Positions 53,703 to 64,000 of a stretch of DNA of 64,000 bases are shown piece by piece; within the stretch, counting starts at the first letter, position 1; each line of letters begins with the position of its first letter. The stretch spans positions 62,001-126,000 of the forward strand of contig MCFH01000036.1 in NCBI GenBank assembly GCA_002104945.1. Direction: 5' to 3'. The notes beneath the pieces were generated by a model. The model searched no databases. It was given only the letters and a program-made list of their open reading frames with translations, and was not told the origin of the DNA. Origin of the DNA: Piromyces finnis finn (lineage: Eukaryota; Fungi; Neocallimastigomycota). Both the position numbers and the translations under genes were made by a program.

Positions 53703-56249
53703 TTAAGATAAATATAATAAACAATAATCAAATAGTTTAATTATTTCATTATCTAAAAGTGGGCAATGATTTTTACTTAATGTAATGAGGTGTATAATAT
53801 TTATAATTAAATTTTTTGACTTTAAGAAAAGAATTATTTTTTTTGTTTGTAATTTTATATATAGTTCGTTTTTTTTTAATAATGCGGATAAAACATTACA
53901 ATCCATGGTAACTTCTTTTAACTTTTCTATTTCCAAAATACTATTTGGTATTGTTTTAAATTTATTATTACTTATATTTAATTTTTGTAATCTCGAAAAA
54001 TTAGATATAAATAATGGTAATTCTGTTAATTGATTATCACTTATATCCATTTCTTCTATATTGTCATTATTAATGATATCATAGGATATTTCTGTTAATT
54101 TTTTTTTACTCAAGTTTATTTTTTTAGCATAAAAATCGTAGCCATATTTTCTTATAGATAAATGATCATCAACATTAAAATTTTGTAATTTAGATAAATT
54201 TCCTATTTCCTTTGGTAATTCATTTATTTTATTATTTCTTAGGGATAAATCTTTTAAATTGGTCAAATTTCCTATTTCTTTTGGTAATTTATTTATTTCA
54301 TTTTTACCTAGGCTCAAACATTCCATATTAATTAAATTTCCTATTTCTTTTGGCAGTTTACTTATTTTATTTTCACTTATAATTAATTTTTTTAAACTCG
54401 TTAAATTTCCTATTTCTTTTGGCAATTCATTTATTTCATTATTATAAAGCATTAAATCTTTTAGATCAGCTAAATTCCCTATTTCTTTTGGTAATTCATT
54501 TATTTTATTACATTCTAAATATAAATATGTTAATTTTGTTAAATTTCCTATTTCCTTTGGCAATTCACTTATTTCATTGTTATTCATTTTTAACTCTTTT
54601 AAATTAGTTAAATATCTTATACTTTTTGGAAATTTACTTATTTTAGTACTATTTAAATGTAAAACAGTTAAATTGATTAAATTTCCTATTTCTTTTGGTA
54701 ATTCAATTATTTTACCAATACTGAGATTTAAATACTCTAAATTAATTAAATTTCCTATTTCTTCGGGTAACTTTGATATTAAATTATTCTCAATATTTAA
54801 ATACGTTAATTTATTCAGATTTCCTATTTCTTTTGGTAATTCAAATATAAAATTATATCCAAGATTTATATAGGTTAAATCATTTAAGTTTACTATTGAT
54901 TTCGGAAATATGGATAGTTTATTATTTCGAATATTAAACTTCATTAGACTTTTTAACTCTCCTAGTTCTTCTGGTAACCTTGATAAATAATTACTTCCTA
55001 GATTTAAATCCATTAATTTATTTAAGTTTTTTATTTCTATTGGTATGGCATTTAATCTATTATTTTCAAGATTTAAGTTTATTAAGTTGCTTAATTTTCC
55101 TATTTCTTTTGGAATTTCTGATAATCTATTATTTTTAAGATTTAAATCTATTAGACAACTTAAGTCACCTATTTCTTTTGGTAATTCTGATATATTATTA
55201 TTATTTCCAAGATTTAAAACAATTAATTTGTTCAAATTTGCTATTTTTATATGTATATTCGATATATAGTTGTGCTCAATATTTAAGTTTTTTAATTCAC
55301 TCAAATTTAATATTTCTTTTGGAAAGCTGGTTAATTTATTATTTCCAATATTTAAATCATTTAATTTACATAATTTACTTATATCTTTTGATATTTCACG
55401 TATTTGATTATTTGAAAGATTTAATTTTTTTAATTCCTTTAAATTTCTTATTCCTTTTGGAATGTTAGTTAATTTATTATTTCCAAGATTTAAATCATTT
55501 AATTTATTCAATTTTCTTATTTCTTTTGGTATTTCTAGTATTTGATTATTTGATAAATTTAAATTTTGTAAATTATTTAAATTTCCTATCTCTTTTGGAA
55601 TGGTGCTTAATTCATTGTTGTGAATATTGAAATTTATTAGACTACCCAACTTTCCTATTTCTTTTGGTAACCTTGATATTAAATTATTTCCAAGATTTAA
55701 ATCTGTTAATTTTTTCAAGTTTTTTATTTCTATTGGTATTTCTGATATGAAGTTATATTCAAGATTTAAATCTGTTAAATTTGAAAAATCTCCTATTTCT
55801 TTTGGTAGTTCTAACATAAAATTGTATTTACTAACTAAATGTGTCAAGGTATTTAAACTATCTATTTCTTCCGTTAACTTTGATATTAAGCATTCATTAT
55901 CTAATTTCTTCAAACTGTTTAAAATTTCTAAATTTTTTAAAGATTGCTTTATTTGTGAATGACTGCTTTTAACGAATTCTGAACTTTCATTTTCTTTAAA
56001 TAAATTATTAAGGAAACAAAGATCTTTTCTTAAAATTTTCCTTTTCTTTTTATCCAATAAAAGATAAGAAATTAAAATTCTTACAAGTAATTTATTAAAA
56101 TGATTGAATGTCAGATTTTTAGGAGGAATTTTACTTAGCTCCTTCATAATACTTATCATTTCTAAATCATAATAGTTAATATTACATATTGAATTTATTT
56201 GTTCTAATAAATTATTATCATTAATATCAATTACATTTTCTTCTTTCAT
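53703..56249 (-). CDS. Cytoplasmic LRR protein (LRR-1): ~130-aa helical N-terminal region, roughly 28 23-aa LRRs, island module and C-terminal cap
   Basis: Intronless 848-aa ORF with the [21 protein letters not shown] consensus; no signal peptide or TM segment evident. Confidence 0.92.
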   Translation of the reverse strand: MKEENVIDINDNNLLEQINSICNINYYDLEMISIMKELSKIPPKNLTFNHFNKLLVRILISYLLLDKKKRKILRKDLCFLNNLFKENESSEFVKSSHSQIKQSLKNLEILNSLKKLDNECLISKLTEEIDSLNTLTHLVSKYNFMLELPKEIGDFSNLTDLNLEYNFISEIPIEIKNLKKLTDLNLGNNLISRLPKEIGKLGSLINFNIHNNELSTIPKEIGNLNNLQNLNLSNNQILEIPKEIRKLNKLNDLNLGNNKLTNIPKGIRNLKELKKLNLSNNQIREISKDISKLCKLNDLNIGNNKLTSFPKEILNLSELKNLNIEHNYISNIHIKIANLNKLIVLNLGNNNNISELPKEIGDLSCLIDLNLKNNRLSEIPKEIGKLSNLINLNLENNRLNAIPIEIKNLNKLMDLNLGSNYLSRLPEELGELKSLMKFNIRNNKLSIFPKSIVNLNDLTYINLGYNFIFELPKEIGNLNKLTYLNIENNLISKLPEEIGNLINLEYLNLSIGKIIELPKEIGNLINLTVLHLNSTKISKFPKSIRYLTNLKELKMNNNEISELPKEIGNLTKLTYLYLECNKINELPKEIGNLADLKDLMLYNNEINELPKEIGNLTSLKKLIISENKISKLPKEIGNLINMECLSLGKNEINKLPKEIGNLTNLKDLSLRNNKINELPKEIGNLSKLQNFNVDDHLSIRKYGYDFYAKKINLSKKKLTEISYDIINNDNIEEMDISDNQLTELPLFISNFSRLQKLNISNNKFKTIPNSILEIEKLKEVTMDCNVLSALLKKNELYIKLQTKKIILFLKSKNLIINIIHLITLSKNHCPLLDNEIIKLFDYCLLYLS

Positions 56250-56385
56250 TTTATTTAAAATTTATAATCCAAGCCTTCTACTTTATAAACATTTTTAATT
56301 TCTTTCTTTCTTTTTTTTTTTTAATTCATCTTCCTATTCTAATTTTAAACTTTTTTTTTTTTCAATTTTATTATGATTACTATTT
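56250..56385 (-). repeat. Upstream (promoter/5'UTR) segment duplicated in front of LRR-1 and LRR-2
   Basis: Nearly identical to 59965-60100 (TTTTATTTAAAATTTATAATCCAAGCCTTCTAC...ATTACTATTTT). Confidence 0.9.
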
Positions 56386-57363
56386 TTTTTTGCTTTTGCT
56401 TTTACTTTTTTTTATTATTATAAAGAGGATTCTTTATTTTTTTTTTCAACCAATACAATATTGGATGAAAAAAATATATATATTTTTAATTAATTAAAAT
56501 TTAAGTTTAATTAAATAATTAAATATATAATTATTTAATTCTTATTTTTTTTTTTTTTTTAATCATAGATGCCGTTGTTTTAATACATTTAAAACTGTAA
56601 AAGAAGTATGGAATATACATCTTTAAAAAGTATTAAATTATAATGAATATATTGTGAGAGTTAATAATATTACTATGAAAATAAATAAGAATAAGTGCTT
56701 ATAGTTAATTCTAAATTATAATTATAAATTGTCATAATTATAAAACTAAAGTTTATAAACAAAAAACATAAAATATTAAGGAAAAAAAAAAAAAAATAAA
56801 AATTATTATTGTTTTTGATTCTATTTAATTTTTTTTTTATATTAAGATAATTATAAAAATTCAGACTATATAATTACAACATTTGTTATTTATTTTTCTA
56901 TTTTTTATGAATATTAAAAGAATATGTAGATATTGGATATTTAGTTAACGATGATACTTTAATCATTATGATTTTTTTTTTTTTTTGAAACATGGAAGGT
57001 CTATTTAGCATCTAACTTGTATCACACTTTTTATTTTCAATTACTAGTCAGTAGAAATTCTATGAAAGATTTTGAATGCTAATTATATTCCATTACATAA
57101 TTTAATTAAAAATATATTCTTGTATACTTTTTCATTTTTATAAATTGATCTTTTTTATTTATTTAAGATACTAAATAATGAAATAACAATAACAATAATA
57201 ATAAGAAAAATATATATATATATATATAGCATATACTAGCATTATTACAAAAACGGTGATTTTAAATTTTTTTAAATTTTTTGGTAAAAAAATCGACTCT
57301 GGCCAGAGTTTTGGTTAGAATAGAAAATACTCATTATTATTTCAATATTCAGCCCTTATTATC

Positions 57364-59964
57364 TTATTCAATTTGTTTGGGAAAATGATTTTCATCCCTT
57401 AATCTTAATAATTTTAATTTAGTTAACTTTTTTATTTCTTCTGGTAATTCAATTATTTTATTTTCGCTTACATCTAATACTATTAAATTTGTTAGATTTC
57501 CTATTTCTTTTGGTAATTCAATTATTTTATTACTTTTTAAACATAGAGATTTTAAATGGGTTAAACTTCCTATTTCTTTTGGTAATTCACTTATTTCATT
57601 TTTAACTAAATATAAATATTTTAAATTGATTAAATTTCCTATTTCTTTTGGCAATTTTTTTATTTTATTATTTTTCATTCTTAATTCTTTTAAGTTTATT
57701 AAATTTCCTATTTCTTTTGGTAATTCGCTTATTTCATTATCATATAAATATAAATATTCTAAATTAATTAAATACCCTATTTCCTTTGGCAATTCTCTTA
57801 TTTTATTACTTTTCATTCTTAATTTTTTTAAATTTGTTAAATTTCCTATTTCCTTTGGTAATTCAACTATTTCATTTTCATCTAAATATAAATGCTCTAA
57901 ATTTGTTAAATTTCCTATTTCTTTTGGTAATTCACGTATTTTATTACGATTTAAATGTAAATATTTTAAGCTAGTTAAATTTTTTATTTCTTTTGGCAAT
58001 TCACTTACTTTATTACTATTTAAAAATAGATAATCTAAATTAGTTAAACTTCCTATTTCTTTTGGTAATTCAATTATTTTATTTTCACTTATACTTAATT
58101 TTTTTAAATTTGTTAAATTTCCTATTTCTTTTGGTATTTTACTTAGTTTATTATCATATAAATATAAATATTCTAAGTTTTTTAAATTTTCTATTTCTTT
58201 TGGTAATTCAGTTATTTCATTATTACATAAATCCAATTCTTTTAAAATGCTTAAATTTCCTATTTCTTTTGATAATTCACATATTTCATTTTCATCTAAA
58301 TATAGATGTTCTAAATTGATTAAATTTCCTATTTCTTTTGGCAATTTTTTTATTTTAGTATTTTTTATTTTTAGCCTTTTTAAATTTATTAAATTTCCTA
58401 TTTCTTTTGGTAATTCGGTTATTTCATTTTCATCTAAATGTAAATATTCTAAATTGATTAGATTTCCAATTTCTTTTGGTAATTCGGTTATTTTATTAAA
58501 CTCTAAATATAAACGATGTAAATTGGTTAAAATTTCTATTTCTTTTGGTAATTCACCTACTTCATTATGTCTTAGTTCTAATTCTCTTAAATTAATTAAA
58601 ATTCCTATTTCTTTTGGTAATTCTCTTATTTTATTATTACCTAAAAGTAAACATTTTAAATTTGTTAAATTTCCTATTTCCTTTAGTAATTCACTTATTT
58701 CATTATTTTCAAGATTTAAATTAGTTAGATTAGTTAAATTTCCTATTTCTTTTGGTAATTCTTTTACGTCATTGTGTTCAATGTTTAAATATTCTAAATT
58801 ACCTAATTCGCCTATTTCTTTTGGTACTTCTTTTATATAATTATATCCAAGATTTAAATTGGTTAGATTAGTTAAATTTCCTATTCCTTTTGGTAATTCT
58901 TTTACGTCATTGTGCTCAATATTTAAATATTCCAAATCATCCAATTCTCCTATTTCTTTTGGAATCGTAGATAATTTATTATTTCCGAGATCTATTTTTA
59001 TTAGACTGCGTAATTCTTTTATTCCTTCTGGAAATATGAATAATCTATTATTTTTAAGGTTTAAATCAATTAATTTATATAATTTACTTATATCTTTTGA
59101 TATTTCACATATTTGATTATTTGAAAGATTTAATTTTTTTAATTCCTTTAAATTTCTTATTCCTTTTGGAATGTTAGTTAATTTATTATTTCCAAGATTT
59201 AAATCATTTAATTTATTCAATTTTCTTATTTCTTTTGGTATTTCTAGTATTTGATTATTTGATAAATTTAAATTTTGTAAATTATTTAAATTTCTTATCT
59301 CTTTTGGAATGGTGCTTAATTCATTGTTATGAATATTGAAATTTATCAGACTACCTAACTTTCCTATTTCTTTTGGTAACTTTGATATTAAATTATTTCC
59401 AAGATTTAAATCTGTTAGTTTTTTCAAGTTTTTTACTTCTATTGGTATTTCTGATATGAAGTTATATTCAAGATTTAAATCTGTTAAATTTGAAAAATTT
59501 CCTATTTCTTTTGGTAGTTCTAACATAAAATTGTATTTACTAACTAAATGTGTCAAGGTATTTAAACTATCTATTTCTTCCGTTAACTTTGATATTAAGC
59601 ATTCATTATCTAATTTCTTCAAACTGTTTAAAATTTCTAAATTTTTTAAAGATTGTTTTATTTGTGAATGACTGCTTTTAACGAATTCTGAACTTTCATT
59701 TTCTTTAAATAAATTATAAAGGAAACAAAGATCTTTTCTTAAATTTTCTCTTTTATTTTTATCCAAGAAAAGAGTGCATTTTAAAATTCTTACAAGTAAT
59801 TTACTAAGATTTTCGATAGCTAATTTATTTTGAGGAATTTTATTTAGTTCTCCTACAATATTTATTATTTCTTCATTTTCACAGGAAACATTACTTTTCC
59901 ATATTGAATTTATTTGTTCTAATAAATTATTATCATTAATATCAATTACATTTTCTTCTTTCAT
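57364..59964 (-). CDS. Cytoplasmic LRR protein (LRR-2), roughly 31 LRRs, lacking the island and C-terminal cap of LRR-1
   Basis: Intronless 866-aa ORF with the same start and early LRRs as LRR-1; it ends abruptly at [14 protein letters not shown]. Confidence 0.9.
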   Translation of the reverse strand: MKEENVIDINDNNLLEQINSIWKSNVSCENEEIINIVGELNKIPQNKLAIENLSKLLVRILKCTLFLDKNKRENLRKDLCFLYNLFKENESSEFVKSSHSQIKQSLKNLEILNSLKKLDNECLISKLTEEIDSLNTLTHLVSKYNFMLELPKEIGNFSNLTDLNLEYNFISEIPIEVKNLKKLTDLNLGNNLISKLPKEIGKLGSLINFNIHNNELSTIPKEIRNLNNLQNLNLSNNQILEIPKEIRKLNKLNDLNLGNNKLTNIPKGIRNLKELKKLNLSNNQICEISKDISKLYKLIDLNLKNNRLFIFPEGIKELRSLIKIDLGNNKLSTIPKEIGELDDLEYLNIEHNDVKELPKGIGNLTNLTNLNLGYNYIKEVPKEIGELGNLEYLNIEHNDVKELPKEIGNLTNLTNLNLENNEISELLKEIGNLTNLKCLLLGNNKIRELPKEIGILINLRELELRHNEVGELPKEIEILTNLHRLYLEFNKITELPKEIGNLINLEYLHLDENEITELPKEIGNLINLKRLKIKNTKIKKLPKEIGNLINLEHLYLDENEICELSKEIGNLSILKELDLCNNEITELPKEIENLKNLEYLYLYDNKLSKIPKEIGNLTNLKKLSISENKIIELPKEIGSLTNLDYLFLNSNKVSELPKEIKNLTSLKYLHLNRNKIRELPKEIGNLTNLEHLYLDENEIVELPKEIGNLTNLKKLRMKSNKIRELPKEIGYLINLEYLYLYDNEISELPKEIGNLINLKELRMKNNKIKKLPKEIGNLINLKYLYLVKNEISELPKEIGSLTHLKSLCLKSNKIIELPKEIGNLTNLIVLDVSENKIIELPEEIKKLTKLKLLRLRDENHFPKQIE

Positions 59965-60739
59965 TTTATTTAAAATTTATAATCCAAGCCTTCTACTTTA
60001 TAAACATTTTTAATTTCTTTCTTTCTTTTTTTTTTTTTAATTCATCTTCCTATTCTAATTTTAAACTTTTTTTTTTTCAATTTTATTATGATTACTATTT
60101 CTTTTGTTTATTTTTTTATTTTTAAATATTTATTTTTTTTTATTATAACAAAAAATTCAATAAATATTATTGGTTGAAAGAATTTTACTAAATGATTAAA
60201 TAACTTTTTAATATGGTTTAAAATTATTTTTATCGCTTAGAAGCTGTTTCATTTTGGGATAAGATTTTTTTTCCCGAAATACATATATTTTCATTTGTTA
60301 TATATATATAATAACACATTTTAATGAATAGCATAGAGATCATAAAGACATCTTTTAATGACATCCCTTTTTATTTCATCCAAGAAAAAGTAAACTATTA
60401 GAAGTTTATGTACTAGAGTTTAACATAGAATCATATAAATTTTTTTAATTATAACATATAGAATAACAACATAATTTTTATTTTTTTTTAAAATATTTTA
60501 TTTGAAGAAAAAAAATTAAACTAGTTTTTTTTTTTTTTTTTATAAACAATTATTAAAAGAAAAAAAGAAAAAGAAAAAATTAAAAAATCTTAACATTATA
60601 AAGTATATTAAGTATATTTATAAATGAAAAATACATAATATAAAAACTTTATTACAATCTTATAATAAATAACGAGAATAATAATTATACTTTTTAATAA
60701 ATTCGTAATATGAAAGTACATATTTTTTTTTTTTTTTTT

Positions 60740-61767
60740 TTTTTACTTTGTTAAATAAAAATAACAGAATTTATAAAAAATTTTGATTTTGAAATAAAAA
60801 CTATTTTTATTACACTATTGATTTCAAAAATACTCTATCTTCTTTTAATAATATAGATGAAACACATTACAATCTAGAGTAACTTTTTTTTAATTTTTCT
60901 ATTTTCAAAATATCTTTTGGCATTGTTTGTTTGTGATTTATTGCCATGCAAATTTAATTTTTGCAATTCAAAAAAATTGAATGTATACATTGGTAGTTCT
61001 TTTAATCGATTATTATTTATGTCTATTTCTTTTATATTTTTAATATTTAATATGTCATAGGGTAATTCTGTTAATTCCTTTCCAAATAAATTTAGTTATC
61101 TTGGTTTATAAAGAATGAATGATGGTTTTAATTTGGTTAAATTTTCTATTTCCTTTGGTATTTTTGATAACTTATTAAATCTAATATTTAAATTTCTTAA
61201 ATTAATTAAATTGCCTATTTCTTTTGGTAATTCACTTATTTCATTATTATTTATATTTAAAGTTGTTAACTTGATTAAATTTCCTATTTTATTTGGTAAA
61301 TTGGTTATTTTATTATGATTTAAATATAAAACGTTTAAGCTTGTTAAATTTTCTATTACTTTTGGTAATTTTCTTATTTTATTATAACTTAGATTCAATT
61401 CTTTTAAATTGGTTAATTTTCCTATTTCTTTTGGTAATATGATTATTTTATTATTATTTAGATTCAAGCTTTTTAAATTAACTAAATTTCCTATTTCTTT
61501 TGGTAATATGAATATTATATTATTGATTAGATTTAATTCTTCTAAATTAATTAAATTTCCTATTTCTTTTGGTAATTCACTTATTTCATTTTGACTGAGA
61601 TTTAATTTTTTTAAATTGGTTAAATTTCCTATTTCTTTCGGTAATATTGATATCTTATTATCACTCAAATATAAATACTCTAAATTTTTTAAATCTCCTA
61701 TTTCTTTTGGAATTCATGTATTATAATTTTAATTAAATTAATAATAAAGTTTAAAATATTTGATGCC

Positions 61768-61820
<53 letters not shown>

Positions 61821-64000
61821 CTTTTGGAATTATTGATATCTTGTTATTTGTAATATTTAAATTGGTTAAATTAGTTAAATTTCCTATTTCTTTCGGTAAT
61901 TCATTTATTTTATTATTATTAAAATTTAATTTTTGCAATTTCGAAAAATTATATACACACAAAGGTAATTCTGTTAATTTATTATTACTTATATCTATTT
62001 CTTTTACATTCCTAGCATTTACTATGTCAAAAGGTAATTCTGTTAATCTCCTTTCAGATAAATTTATTCTTTCACTATCATTATTATATACATATTTTCT
62101 ATTGAGTAAATGATCATTAACACTTAATAATCCTAATTTAAGCAAATTTTCTATTTCTTTTGGTAATTTGGTTATTTTATTATTGCATAGATTCAATTTT
62201 TTTAATCGGGTTAACCTTCCTATTTCTTTTGGTACTTCTGTTAAAAAATTATATTCAATATTTAATTCAGTTAAACTAATTAAATATTCAATCTCTTTTG
62301 GTACTTCTTTTATTAAATTATGTTTAAAATTTATATTGGTTAGTTTACTTAAATATTTTATTTCTTTTGGTACTTCTTTTATTGAATTATTCTCAAAATT
62401 TAAATTGGTTAGTTCACGTAAATATTTTATTTCTTTTGGTACTTCTTTTATTAAATTATGCGCAAAATTTAAATTGGTTAGTTCACGTAAATATTTTATT
62501 TCTTTTGGTACTTCTTTTATTAAATTATTCTCAAAATTTAAATCGGTTAGTTCACGTAAATATTTTATTTCTTTTGGTATTTCCATTATTTTATTAAAAC
62601 TTGAATTTAAACTATTTAAATTGACTAAATATCTTATTTCTTTAGGTAATTCACTTATTTTATTATTACTAATATCTAACCTACTCAAATACAAAAAACT
62701 ACGTATAAATAATGGTAACTCTGTTAATTGATTACTACTTATATCCATTTCATTTACATTGCTAGCATTTATCAAGTCAATAGGTAATTTTGTTAATCTT
62801 TTACCACGCAGATTTATTTTTTTATCATTAGAATTATAAGTACTTAAACGCGAATCAATAATTAATGATTGCAATTTAGTTAAATTTCCTATTTCTTTTG
62901 GTAATATGAATATTATATTATTGATTAGATTTAATTCTTCTAAATTAATTAAATTTCCTATTTCTTTTGGTAATTCACTTATTTTATTTTGACTGAGATT
63001 TAATTTTTTTAAATTGGTTAATTTTCCTATTTCTTTTGGTAATATTGATATATTATTAACACTCAAATATAAATACTCTAAATTTTTTAAATCTCCTATT
63101 TCTTTTGGAATTATTGATATCTTGTTATTTTTAATATTTAAATAGGTTAAATTAATGATATTTCCTATTTCTTTTGGTAATATTGATATATTATTATCAC
63201 TCAAATATAAATACTCTAAATTTTTTAAATCTCCTATTTCTTTTGGTATTTCACTTATATTATTATTATTTAAATTCAATTCTTTTAAAGTGGTTAAATT
63301 TTCTATTTCTTTTAGTATCTCTTTTATCATATTCTTACTTACATTTAATTTTTGCAATTTCGAAAAATTATATATAAATAATGGTAACTCTGTTAATTGA
63401 TTACTACTTATATCTATTTCTTTTACATTTCTAATATTTACTAAGTCCAAAGGTAATTCTGTTAATTCTTTTCTACATAAATTTATTTTTTCACTAGTAA
63501 TGAGATATCCATATTTTCTAATGGATAAATGATCATCAACACTTAATAATTGTAATTTAGATAAATTTCTTACTTCTTTTGGTAATAACTTTATTTTATT
63601 GTTATATAAATCTAATTTTTTTAATTCGGTTAAACTTCCTATTTCTTTCGGAATCATTGATAATCTATTATTTTCGAGATTTAAGTTTTCTAGGCTTTTT
63701 AATTTCCCTATTTCTTTTGGTAATTTTGATATTTTATCATTACTTCCAAGATTTAAAACAGTTAATCTATTCAAATTTGCTATTCTTTTCGGTATTTTTG
63801 ATATACAATTGTGTTTAATATTTAAGTTTGTCAATTTATTTAAATTTTCTATTCCTTTTGGAATGTTAGTTAATTTATTATTTCCAAGATTTAAATCATT
63901 TAATTTATTCAATTTTCTTATTTCTTCTGGTATTTCTAGTATTTGATTATTTGATAAATTTAAATTTTGTAAATTATTTAAATTTCCTATCTCTTTTGGA
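60740..64000 (-). pseudogene. LRR-3: long LRR gene (5' end beyond the window) disrupted by a poly(A) insertion, a nonsense codon and a frameshift
   Basis: The frame is open from the window edge to the insertion at 61715-61818 and resumes in ORF 61096-61668. TAA at 61096-61098 is followed in frame by LNLFGKELTELPYDILNIKNIKEID, then a frameshift before TMPKDILKIEKLKKVTLDCNV (cap). Confidence 0.85.
61715..61818 (+). mobile_element. Short poly(A)-tailed retroposed insertion with 13-bp TSD, antisense to LRR-3
   Basis: 56-nt body plus A48, flanked by TTCTTTTGGAATT at 61702-61714 and 61819-61831. The empty-site sequence survives in the duplicated LRR block near 63090-63125. Confidence 0.88.

Noticed and set aside
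53785-63946. Numerous plus-strand ORFs with KFPISFGN repeats (also 36431-36742 on the minus strand)
   Set aside because: Antisense shadows of the LRR repeats.
53703-64000. Regular 69-bp periodicity suggesting a CRISPR-like array
   Set aside because: The periodicity is coding LRR units in a eukaryotic gene; there is no repeat-spacer structure and no cas genes.

Overview
Extremely AT-rich eukaryotic DNA, almost certainly from an anaerobic gut fungus (Neocallimastigomycota); the diagnostic gene is an intronless GH48 cellulase with two C-terminal CBM10-type fungal dockerins. The left ~29 kb is a core block of intron-rich conserved genes: an MT-A70 adenine-methyltransferase-family gene with a DPPL motif, a FAM72-family gene, Rictor/Avo3, a Nup1/Nup153-like FG nucleoporin and a probable AF4/FMR2 (AFF/Ebp1-like) elongation-complex scaffold with RD dipeptide blocks. 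The right ~34 kb is an accessory block of intronless genes and debris. It holds two CTL/Pns1 choline-transporter-like paralogs, the GH48, an ankyrin fragment, a probable solo LTR and five related 23-aa LRR loci in different states of decay, with mosaic, hypervariable structure. It also holds several poly(A)-tailed insertions with ~13-bp target-site duplications, including a ~550-bp element with a tRNA-like head that looks like a fungal SINE. Exon boundaries were read by eye; family assignments rest on remembered motifs, not database searches.
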